This document shows positions 1-7,512 of a stretch of 15,036 nucleotides of DNA, in pieces. This DNA is from Candidatus Altiarchaeota archaeon. Its GTDB lineage: Archaea > Altiarchaeota > Altiarchaeia > IMC4 > SCGC-AAA252-I15. The notes under the pieces were generated by a model. It ran no database searches. It saw nothing but the letters and a program-made list of their open reading frames with translations, and was not told where the DNA came from. The DNA lies in contig JAZDIN010000064.1 in the NCBI GenBank assembly GCA_043804895.1, forward strand, positions 1-15,036. The letters are read 5' to 3'. How positions within the stretch are numbered: position 1 is the stretch's first letter; every line of letters begins with the position of its first letter. The position numbers were made by a program, and so were the translations under genes.

Positions 1-1
1 A

Positions 2-184
2 AAAGGAGACACAGTCTCGGTAGCCGACAGGAGCGGCCGGGAGTTCGCCCGCGGGATGACGAACTTCAGCTCAGAGGAAGTCGAGAAGATAATGGGGAAA
101 CAATCAGTTGAGATACAGAAGATAACCGGCAAAAAAATAAAGGAGGTAATACACCACGACAACATGGTGCTCGTTGGAAAATGA
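2..184 (+). CDS. proB: Glutamate 5-kinase, C-terminal PUA domain (5'-truncated by window edge)
   Basis: Not in the ORF track. Manual translation of frame +2 gives KGDTVSVADRSGREFARGMTNFSSEEVEKIMGKQSVEIQKITGKKIKEVIHHDNMVLVGK*, matching the ProB PUA tail pattern (GD.V...ARG..N.SS.E..KI.G..S.EI...EVIH.DN.V). Stop TGA 182-184 overlaps the next ATG (ATGA). Confidence 0.88.
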   Translation, partial: KGDTVSVADRSGREFARGMTNFSSEEVEKIMGKQSVEIQKITGKKIKEVIHHDNMVLVGK

Positions 185-969
185 ATCTGACAATCCTTAA
201 GCTCGGGGGTTCGTTGATTACGAGGAAGAGTGACGACAGGCCTGTGGTGAATAAGCCGGTTTTGAAGAGGCTGGCTCGTGAGATTGCCGAAGTCCTATCT
301 GAAAAGCTTATAGGCCTTATAATTGTTCACGGGGCTGGTCCCTTCGGCCACGTGCCAGCCAAAAAGTACGGCCTGGCTGGGGGCCTCAAGGACAGGGTGC
401 AGGTCAGGGGTATGTCGTTGACTCACCAGGGCATGGAGGAGTTGAACTTGCAGGTCGTAGGCGCGCTCATCGATGCTGGGGTGAATGCGATAGCCTTCCA
501 GCCTTCGGCAGGCGGAATATTAGACGATCGGCAGCTCGTGTCTTTTCCAGTAGAGTCAGTGCAGCGTCTTCTTGAACTGGGCTTGGTCCCAGTGGCATAC
601 GGTGACGTTCTCCCTGACTTGAAGACGGGTTTTAACATACTCAGCGGAGATCACCTCGTTCCATACCTTGCAGAGAAGCTGGCCGCTGACAGGGTTGTGC
701 TTGCAACATACTACAATGGTATATTCGACCGAGACCCTGATGAGAAGGGCGCGAAGAAGTACGATTTCGTCAACGAGAGGATTCTAGCCGAACTTGATGC
801 GCGGACGACGAAGGGCACGGACGTCACAGGCGGCATAGGCCGTAAGGTTAGGGAGCTGATGGTGCTCGCCAAACACGGCGTCAAATCGGAGATAATCTCA
901 GGCATGGAACCAGGGTATGTTAAGAGGGCCCTCAAAGGCGAGGAGGGGATTGGAACGAGGATAGAATAA
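181..969 (+). CDS. ipk: Isopentenyl phosphate kinase (amino-acid kinase superfamily)
   Basis: ILKLGGSLIT, IIVHGAGPFGH (IPK-type His), YGDV, SGDHLV and DVTGGIGRKV motifs; 262 aa; MVA-pathway context. Confidence 0.92.
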   Translation: MNLTILKLGGSLITRKSDDRPVVNKPVLKRLAREIAEVLSEKLIGLIIVHGAGPFGHVPAKKYGLAGGLKDRVQVRGMSLTHQGMEELNLQVVGALIDAGVNAIAFQPSAGGILDDRQLVSFPVESVQRLLELGLVPVAYGDVLPDLKTGFNILSGDHLVPYLAEKLAADRVVLATYYNGIFDRDPDEKGAKKYDFVNERILAELDARTTKGTDVTGGIGRKVRELMVLAKHGVKSEIISGMEPGYVKRALKGEEGIGTRIE

Positions 970-972
970 TCC

Positions 973-1407
973 TTAGGCGACTGTTCCTCTGAGCACGTTA
1001 ATTTGAGTTTTTGAGTTCGTAGTCTCCCCATAGACTACTCCATAGTCTATCTTCACGTTTACTCCGTATTCCTCTCCAGGTGTCCGTTGTCCGCAGCCTG
1101 TGATATGAACTTTCATGCTCTGTTGAGGCGTCACGTACACGTCATCCTTAAGGCTGCACCTAACTTTACTGTCCTTCTCGTCAACGAGTGTAACACTCCA
1201 CAACCTAACCGTTTGCTCAGCGTTGTTGATTAATACTGTGTCGAACACGCCCTCAGACGACATTGTTATGCTATCGGCCTCCGGCATTATTTCAGTGCGT
1301 TCAAAATCCTCCCCCCCCTGTTGAAGAAAAAAGGATGCTGCAATGATTGCCACACCGATTACTATGATGGTCCACAGGGTTGTTGAGGGCAGGCGCGGCA
1401 AATCCAT
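973..1407 (-). CDS. Membrane-anchored exported protein, archaeal pilin-like
   Basis: N-terminal hydrophobic helix (LWTIIVIGVAIIAASFFL), beta-rich body with two Cys, and C-terminal Y.V.V.I.Y...LRG.V pattern reminiscent of DPANN/Altiarchaeota pilin-like proteins (from memory). No clear class III signal peptide. Confidence 0.55.
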   Translation of the reverse strand: MDLPRLPSTTLWTIIVIGVAIIAASFFLQQGGEDFERTEIMPEADSITMSSEGVFDTVLINNAEQTVRLWSVTLVDEKDSKVRCSLKDDVYVTPQQSMKVHITGCGQRTPGEEYGVNVKIDYGVVYGETTNSKTQINVLRGTVA

Positions 1408-1456
1408 CTAAGATATTTTAACCGACGTGTATATTACTGTGACAGAGGTGGTTTCT

Positions 1457-2740
1457 GTGAGCATGAGGGATTTTCTGGATAGGCTGGACAAGGATGGTAA
1501 GCTGGTGAAGATTAAGAAGGAAGTCGACCCGCATCTGGAGGCTGCAATGATCCTGAAGGACAAGGACGGTGAGACTGTGCTCTTCGAGAAGGTGAAAGGT
1601 TCGGAGTACAAGGTCGTAGCAGGCCTTTGCGGCAGCAGGGATAATTTCGCCTTGGCTATGGGTATCGATAAGAAGGACCTCCTGTTCAAGATAGCTGAAG
1701 TCATCAAGAAACCCACCAAACCGGAGGTCGTCTCCAAGGGAGCATGCCAGGAGGTCGTTGAGAAGGAAGTTGACCTCACGAAGATACCCATACTCACTCA
1801 CGCGTCAAAGGACCTCGGAGCCTACATCACAGCCGGAGTCTACGTCTCCAAGAACAAGGCCGGCAGACTGAACATGGCCTTCCACAGGAGCTCGCCCATT
1901 GCAAAAGACAGGTTGGTGGCGAGGATATGCCACCGGGACACATACAAGTTCCTTGAGGAAGCAGGCGGTGAACTGCCAGTCTCCATCTGCATCGGCCTCG
2001 ACCCGACGATCCTACTCGCAGCTTCAGTCTCAGCAGGCGACGTCAGCGAGTTGGAGATAGCTAACTCGATGAAGCCGCTGAAGCTTGTGAAATCCATGAC
2101 AAACGACATCCTAATCCCCGCTGACTCTGAGCTGGTGCTTGAAGGTATCCTCACCACGAAGGAGAAGCACACTGAGGGCCCGTTCCCGGACATAAGCGGG
2201 ACATTCGACGTGGTCAGGGAGGAGCCTGTGATAATAGTGAAGAAGATAACCCACCGGAAGAACCCCATATATCAGGGCCTCTTGCCAGCCTACAACGAAC
2301 ACCGCCTCCTCATGGGGATGCCGAAGGAGCCGACCATATACAACGCAGTCAACGAGGTCGCGAAATGCAGGAACGTGCTCATCACACCAGGCGGATGCTG
2401 CTGGCTACACGCGATAGTCCAGATTGAGAAGAAGAACCCGGACGACGGGATGAAAGCAGCCGAGGCCGCGCACAAAGGCCACGGGAGCATGAAACACTGC
2501 GTAGTCGTGGACGACGACGTCGACATATACAACCTAGCAGACGTCGAATGGGCCATAGCAACCAGGATGCAAGCAGACAAGAACGTGAAAATCTGGAAAG
2601 GCCCAGGCTCAAGCCTCGACGCGACAGCTGAGAAGATTGAAGGCTCAGACAGGCTGATGACCGCGAAAGTGGCCATGGACGCGACAATACCCTGGGACAA
2701 GAAAAGAGACAAGTTCGTGAAAGCGAAACTCGGGGAGTGA
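1457..2740 (+). CDS. ubiD: UbiD-family prFMN-dependent decarboxylase, probable trans-anhydromevalonate 5-phosphate decarboxylase (AMPD)
   Basis: UbiD motifs MRDFLDRL..G.L, EGPFPDISG, PGGCCWLH, VVVDDDVDIYN..DVEWAIATR and GSSLD. Start chosen as GTG 1457 after RBS GAGGTGG at 1445-1451 (alternatives ATG 1463 and track start 1427). The specific function is inferred from co-location with AcnX, mvk and ipk. Confidence 0.88.
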   Translation: MSMRDFLDRLDKDGKLVKIKKEVDPHLEAAMILKDKDGETVLFEKVKGSEYKVVAGLCGSRDNFALAMGIDKKDLLFKIAEVIKKPTKPEVVSKGACQEVVEKEVDLTKIPILTHASKDLGAYITAGVYVSKNKAGRLNMAFHRSSPIAKDRLVARICHRDTYKFLEEAGGELPVSICIGLDPTILLAASVSAGDVSELEIANSMKPLKLVKSMTNDILIPADSELVLEGILTTKEKHTEGPFPDISGTFDVVREEPVIIVKKITHRKNPIYQGLLPAYNEHRLLMGMPKEPTIYNAVNEVAKCRNVLITPGGCCWLHAIVQIEKKNPDDGMKAAEAAHKGHGSMKHCVVVDDDVDIYNLADVEWAIATRMQADKNVKIWKGPGSSLDATAEKIEGSDRLMTAKVAMDATIPWDKKRDKFVKAKLGE

Positions 2741-2815
2741 GGGTAAAATAAGGCTCTGGAATTACAACAATTGGGCGGCTCTGATTGTATATATCCCCAT
2801 TTTCCCCGGATTATT

Positions 2816-3823
2816 ATGATGCCAGTCACAGTTCAGAGGCCTCAGGAGTTTTCTGGGCCGGAGTTGCCTGTATTGTCGGGACAGGAGGGGCCTAAGCCTA
2901 CATTAGACGCTATCGAAACCCATAGTAAGGAAGTCGGGAGTATATCCGACAGCTTCAGGAGACTGGCTGAAATCGTCGGGTCCGCGTTGACGTCGCCTCA
3001 AATCCGTGAAGGACTGATAAGGTTGAGTTCTCTATTTTTGAAAAACAGGGAAGATAGTCGTCTCATCCCTGAGCCAAAAAACTCACGGCTAATGGAACTC
3101 TTCTGTCAAGGGAGTTCAGATTATAGAAAAGAGTGGAACAGGGGACTGGTTGACGGTTACCTGGGGAATGAGCGTTGGAAGAGGGGGGATCCACCACCAT
3201 GTCTCAAGCAGGAGAATATGACCTCCTGCGCTTATGCCTCCGTTAGGATGGGGGCGCTCAGGTTCGGGAGAGACATCTCTGAAGATGAGTTCGACCGCGC
3301 TCTGCCTGAATCAAACAAATCTATTCTAGGATGCTCACCTGATGATATAAAGAAGGCACTCGAAAAACTAGGTTATTCGACATATTCCCTGGCGCATGCA
3401 TCCCTAATGGATAAAATAGAAGTCCCCTTCACAACTACTTATGCGAGTGTAGAAGCTTTATTAAAGACGCCAGTTGCTCCGAAGCCTGAGGAGTTCGAGG
3501 GGTTCGTGAGGGAGAACCTGCGGAAGGGAAGGAGTGTCGTAGTTGCGACGATGGGTCACGCAAGGTTGATGACAGGCATTGACGACGAGTATGTCTCTGT
3601 CAATGACCCCTCCGATGGTACGGCGGAGAAATACGAGTTAAAGGATATGCACCAGCTTACCAAGTATCTGGCTAGCATGACGGTCGTGGCGTTCGAGCCT
3701 ATTGGGGAGGTATCTGAGGGAATGTGGAATCAAGAGAGAAAAAATCCACTCCGCCAACTCACTGGAACGATGATGGGACTGGCAGGGATGTCATTGAAAA
3801 AATTGGGAGAAAAGGTGGAATAA
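2816..3823 (+). CDS. C39-like (papain-fold) cysteine peptidase with unknown N-terminal region
   Basis: Q-x5-C motif KQENMTSCAYAS, His in VVVATMGHARLMTG, and V.VNDP: the Cys/His/Asp layout of peptidase C39-like domains. Start taken at ATG 2816, downstream of TATATAT 2788-2794. Confidence 0.7.
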   Translation: MMPVTVQRPQEFSGPELPVLSGQEGPKPTLDAIETHSKEVGSISDSFRRLAEIVGSALTSPQIREGLIRLSSLFLKNREDSRLIPEPKNSRLMELFCQGSSDYRKEWNRGLVDGYLGNERWKRGDPPPCLKQENMTSCAYASVRMGALRFGRDISEDEFDRALPESNKSILGCSPDDIKKALEKLGYSTYSLAHASLMDKIEVPFTTTYASVEALLKTPVAPKPEEFEGFVRENLRKGRSVVVATMGHARLMTGIDDEYVSVNDPSDGTAEKYELKDMHQLTKYLASMTVVAFEPIGEVSEGMWNQERKNPLRQLTGTMMGLAGMSLKKLGEKVE

Positions 3824-3824
3824 C

Positions 3825-4217
3825 ATGATGGACGAGAAGAAGCCTGGGGGACGGCGGTGGAATACGATGGATGATGGACTGATAGAAGGCATAGAACCTA
3901 AGGAGATTCTCATCGGGAAAGAGGACCTTGAGCGGGTGAGGAAGATGGCTGGTGAAACATGCCAAGTCCTACTCTCAGAGAGGTTCGGTATTGGCCCGTG
4001 GAGTATGCTGGATCCTGAGCTGGTGAAATACAAGGGTAAGCCGGGTTGGATGGCTGCAATCTGCCTGACGTTCCCTAAGTCCACGATAAAACCCGATGAT
4101 GCGATAATAGGGGAGATTATCGTGGGTGAGGATTTTAGGCCACTCTACATAACGCCGAATGAGAAGTTGCTGAAGAACATGGAGGAACTGGCTGATAAAT
4201 TGGGGGGAAAAAAGTAG
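3825..4217 (+). CDS. Hypothetical protein
   Basis: 130-aa ORF starting 1 nt after the peptidase stop; operon-like spacing; no family confidently recognised. Confidence 0.65.
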   Translation: MMDEKKPGGRRWNTMDDGLIEGIEPKEILIGKEDLERVRKMAGETCQVLLSERFGIGPWSMLDPELVKYKGKPGWMAAICLTFPKSTIKPDDAIIGEIIVGEDFRPLYITPNEKLLKNMEELADKLGGKK

Positions 4218-4226
4218 AGTACTCTC

Positions 4227-4583
4227 ATGGATGATTTAACCGATGACCTAGTCTGGCAGGGCTTGAACTTAGACCAATACAATAAGCTTGACCCCGATTC
4301 CCAAGAGCAGATAAGACGGCGGGCATCCCAGTTCAGGCGCCTTAAAGATATGGGTTTGGTTGCTGAATTGCTCATCGCGGTCGCCTCAGAGCTGGGTGAT
4401 GGGAAATCGGATGTGATTGCGTCGATAATCGACGGCCGAAATCCTGATGGCGAGGAGTTCGTCCGTAAAGTCGTCATTGCGTATAAGAAATCCGGGATGA
4501 AGACAGATATCGGGGAATTCTACAGGAAAAACTACACGGGGGGAATAGCAGCATTCTTGGCTGGATCTCATTTGTTGAAGTAG
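4227..4583 (+). CDS. Hypothetical protein (probably helical)
   Basis: 118-aa ORF 9 nt after the previous stop and followed by a terminator hairpin. Confidence 0.6.
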   Translation: MDDLTDDLVWQGLNLDQYNKLDPDSQEQIRRRASQFRRLKDMGLVAELLIAVASELGDGKSDVIASIIDGRNPDGEEFVRKVVIAYKKSGMKTDIGEFYRKNYTGGIAAFLAGSHLLK

Positions 4584-4598
4584 GGGCGACCACTAACT

Positions 4599-4627
4599 GA
4601 GCGTTATCCGGCGATAACGCTCTTTTT
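4599..4627 (+). terminator. Intrinsic terminator-like hairpin plus T-tract
   Basis: Perfect 10-bp stem GAGCGTTATC (4599-4608) / GATAACGCTC (4613-4622), loop CGGC, then TTTTT (4623-4627), 15 nt after the stop at 4583. Confidence 0.75.
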
Positions 4628-4677
4628 GATATTTTTATTCTCCCCTCCATATCATATACTCTTTAGGGTGGTTCGAA

Positions 4678-5877
4678 GTGCATCTTACTAAGGAGGATGA
4701 GGCTGTTTTGGGCGGTTCTGAGGGTAATGCTGCTGCCAAGTCGATGAAGATTCTAGTTGCTTTGGGTGAGATTTACGGGGCTGAGAAGCTAATTCCCATT
4801 AGCTCCGTGCAGGTTGCTGGAGTCTCTTACGATAATCTCGGTGACCCGGGCCTCGAATACCTCGCTGAGCTTGCGAAGGATGGCCAGGTGAAGGTCACAA
4901 CGACTTTGAATCCAGCCGGGATGGACCTAGTCGACTGGAAGAAGCTGGGGATAACCCCAGAGTTCGCGGAAAAACAGAACAATGTCATTGAGGCGTTCGA
5001 CAAGATGGGCGTCATAACGTGCTGCACGTGCACCCCATACCTTATCGGCAACCTCCCCCACTACGGCGAACACATCGCATGGAGCGAATCCAGCGCAGTC
5101 ACATTCATAAACTCTGTCATAGGAGCTAGGACGAACCGCGAAGGAGGCCCCTCCGCCATCGCGGCCGCGATGATAGGGAAGACGCCCGAGTACGGCCTAC
5201 ACCTTGAGGGGGAGCGGAAACCTGACATCACCTTCAATGTGGCTGCGCACGTTAAAACGCTTCCAGATTTCGGAGCCCTCGGTTACTTCATAGGCAAGAA
5301 CGCGGAGGGCATGATTCCATACATACAGGGAATCGGCGAGGCCTCCGTCGACCAGTTGAAGAGCTTCAGCGCATCGGTCGTCACATACGGTTCTAAGCCG
5401 CTCTACCACATGGAGGGGATAACTCCGGAGGCCAGCAAATATGATCCGACCAGAAAACGGGTCACTGTAACGCAGAAGGAGTTGGACGAATCATACAAGG
5501 CAATCAATGATGAGACGGGGGATATAGAGTTCGTCTCCCTCGGGTGTCCTCACTGTTCCATTGCTGAAATCGGGGAGATAGCCGGGTTCCTGAAAGGTAA
5601 GAAGGTGAAAGATACTGTCGAACTGTGGGTTGCCACGGCTAGGCCGACTAAGTACCTTTCGGATTCAAGGGGTTACACGAAGACAATCGAGGACGCTGGC
5701 GGGAAATTCGCGTGCGACACATGCATGGTAGTAGCACCCTTGAAAGGCAGGTTCAAGAATGTGGCGACGACGAGTGCGAAGGCCTGCTTCTACTGTCGCG
5801 GCAAGAACAAGATGCAGGTGAAGGTCGGCACGTTCCAACAGTGCCTGGATGCGGCGGTGACTGGAAGATGGAACTGA
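4678..5877 (+). CDS. acnX: Aconitase X catalytic subunit = phosphomevalonate dehydratase large subunit
   Basis: M.LT.E....L.G..G start, TTLNPAG, CTCTPY, AWSESSA..FINSVIGARTNREGGPSA, SLGCPHCS and DTCMVV (Fe-S ligand Cys motifs). GTG start after AGGGTGG RBS. Confidence 0.92.
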   Translation: MHLTKEDEAVLGGSEGNAAAKSMKILVALGEIYGAEKLIPISSVQVAGVSYDNLGDPGLEYLAELAKDGQVKVTTTLNPAGMDLVDWKKLGITPEFAEKQNNVIEAFDKMGVITCCTCTPYLIGNLPHYGEHIAWSESSAVTFINSVIGARTNREGGPSAIAAAMIGKTPEYGLHLEGERKPDITFNVAAHVKTLPDFGALGYFIGKNAEGMIPYIQGIGEASVDQLKSFSASVVTYGSKPLYHMEGITPEASKYDPTRKRVTVTQKELDESYKAINDETGDIEFVSLGCPHCSIAEIGEIAGFLKGKKVKDTVELWVATARPTKYLSDSRGYTKTIEDAGGKFACDTCMVVAPLKGRFKNVATTSAKACFYCRGKNKMQVKVGTFQQCLDAAVTGRWN

Positions 5878-6248
5878 AGGGAAGGATAATTAACAAGGGG
5901 AAGGCTGAGGGTGAGGCGCTAGTCACAAAGGACCCCATATCATTCTACGGCGGAGTAGACCCGAAGACGGGTATAATCACTGACAAGGATAACGAACTCA
6001 ACGGCCAGAGCATCAAAGACAAGATACTAGTCTTCCCCACAGGGAAGGGTAGCACCGTAGGCCCTTACACCATATACCAGCTCGCTAAGCTCGGAACAGC
6101 CCCGAAGGCGATGGTGAACCGGGAGTGCGAGACCATAGTCGCAGTAGGCGCGATAATCTCTGACATACCGTGCGTAGACAAGATAGACATAACAAAGATA
6201 AAGACTGGAGACAGGCTGAGGTTAGACGGGGACACGATAACCATCTAA
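5868..6248 (+). CDS. Aconitase X swivel subunit = phosphomevalonate dehydratase small subunit (DUF126)
   Basis: MELKGRII.KG.AEGEALVT..PISFYGGVDPKTG and GKGSTVG (catalytic Ser motif). The true start is ATG 5868, after GGTGA 5856-5860, overlapping the large-subunit end by 10 nt; the track start 5712 is an over-extension. Confidence 0.92.
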   Translation: MELKGRIINKGKAEGEALVTKDPISFYGGVDPKTGIITDKDNELNGQSIKDKILVFPTGKGSTVGPYTIYQLAKLGTAPKAMVNRECETIVAVGAIISDIPCVDKIDITKIKTGDRLRLDGDTITI

Positions 6249-6249
6249 C

Positions 6250-6663
6250 ATGGCAAACCCTGATTGCAAGTCATGTAGGCTCAACAGTGCCTGCAGGGAC
6301 TCGAAGGCCTCATGGGTCTTCTTCTTCATCGGCGTCATAGCCACAGTCGCGTTGAGAATCATAGAACCCATCAGGGTGTTCAATCCGCTTTACGGTAAGA
6401 TGGCATGGTATGTAGGGGTAGCTGGATTCCTGCTATTCTTCATATACAAGTACAACGCACTCAAGAAGACGTCAACACTCATCCAAGAAGCAGGTCTGAA
6501 GGAGAAGCTGGCATCGGCTTCCCCATTATCCGAATACGATTACTCCCTTGTGTCAGAAATCGTCTGCGCCCAGGACAACTGGAAGGAACGGACAAACTAC
6601 TTTGTTATATTCGTACTCTCGGCCGCCGCCTTACTATTTGCCTTGTGGGTTGACCTGGCTTGA
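6250..6663 (+). CDS. Small membrane protein (about 3 TM helices) with N-terminal CxxC-x5-C
   Basis: Hydrophobic segments WVFFFIGVIATVAL, AWYVGVAGFLLFFIY and YFVIFVLSAAALLFALW; N-terminus DCKSCRLNSAC; starts 1 nt after the small-subunit stop. Confidence 0.75.
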   Translation: MANPDCKSCRLNSACRDSKASWVFFFIGVIATVALRIIEPIRVFNPLYGKMAWYVGVAGFLLFFIYKYNALKKTSTLIQEAGLKEKLASASPLSEYDYSLVSEIVCAQDNWKERTNYFVIFVLSAAALLFALWVDLA

Positions 6664-6748
6664 TTGTGATTTTTATACTCCCACTACCAATAGTAAGAGG
6701 AGATACCTGGTAAGTGATTTATCCTCCAACTATCAAGGGGTGGTTTAA

Positions 6749-7006
6749 ATGGTTTGTCCAAGAGCTAAGGGCTCAACACGGAGTATGAGCGGGCTTAAGC
6801 CCGTGCTGGTGAACGACAGTTCAAAGTCCTTCATAGTAGACCCGAAGGTTTTTATCGTCTGGAGCCTCTGCAACGGCAAGAACACGGTCGATGACATACG
6901 GGTCAAGTTCGGCAGCCGAATCGGCCTCGACGAAGGCGAGAAGGAGGATATAAGCATCCCTGATGTGATAAACTCGCTGCAGCGGATAGGCCTCGTAGAA
7001 AACTAG
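6749..7006 (+). CDS. PqqD-like / RiPP recognition element (winged-helix) small protein
   Basis: 85 aa; beta-strand N-half then IVWSLCNGKNTVDDI...VINSLQRIGLVE, the typical PqqD pattern (IW.L.DG..TV.EI...L..L...GLI). RBS GGGGTGG upstream. Confidence 0.65.
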   Translation: MVCPRAKGSTRSMSGLKPVLVNDSSKSFIVDPKVFIVWSLCNGKNTVDDIRVKFGSRIGLDEGEKEDISIPDVINSLQRIGLVEN

Positions 7007-7512
7007 GCTGACGGCTTATTGTCCTTGCATATCTGGTTTACCTGTTCCTCGGTTGGGCATTCGCATTTCCCTTGCTCCCCCTCCTTGCATTTCACGTACT
7101 TCAGGTCCCTGCAGCAGCACACCATCCCCTCCTCAGTGGACGGGAACACCTTCCTGTACGAGCATCTGGCAGCGCACGGGTTGTTTTCGCCGACAGGGTA
7201 TGTGCATTCACCGTCCCCCACAACTGTGCTGTTCGTGTACCCTATGCTCCTGCATTGGCTTACGCAGTCTGACACGAGCTCAGACTCTGTCGCGTTAACG
7301 CAACCGCAGTGCTGGCAGAAGCCGTACTTGCATGGGAAAGCGTTCTCGCACTCCTCTGAGTTCTCAAGCAGTCCATTCCCGCAGTTGTTGGTCTTGCTAG
7401 GTTGTGTGATGTTTACAGGGCATCCGATATCGTTGCAATCTTCTTTAGCCTGGCTGACGCAACCTGCGGAAAGGACTATTAATGTCAGAACTAAAATAAT
7501 ATATTCATCCAT
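7003..7512 (-). CDS. Cysteine-rich exported (lipo)protein
   Basis: Signal peptide ending in lipobox-like LSAGC; 21 Cys in 169 aa; contains CGNGLLENSEEC resembling the Myxococcus-type Cys-rich repeat (CGNG..E..E.C). Its ATG overlaps the mvk stop (TGATG). Confidence 0.75.
   Translation of the reverse strand: MDEYIILVLTLIVLSAGCVSQAKEDCNDIGCPVNITQPSKTNNCGNGLLENSEECENAFPCKYGFCQHCGCVNATESELVSDCVSQCRSIGYTNSTVVGDGECTYPVGENNPCAARCSYRKVFPSTEEGMVCCCRDLKYVKCKEGEQGKCECPTEEQVNQICKDNKPSA

Noticed and set aside
5712-5867. N-terminal extensions given by the ORF track (also 13750-13836, 2771-2815, 9824-9844)
   Set aside because: They overlap upstream genes or promoters; family homology and RBS/TATA positions support the downstream starts.
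1457-6248. Ubiquinone-pathway UbiD and TCA-cycle aconitase
   Set aside because: The two-subunit AcnX architecture and co-location with mvk, ipk, fni and idsA point to the modified mevalonate pathway.
2816-7512. A complete RiPP biosynthetic cluster (C39 peptidase + RRE + Cys-rich peptide)
   Set aside because: No maturase, transporter or short leader-core precursor is visible; the parts are in different transcription units and the Cys-rich protein has an ordinary signal peptide.
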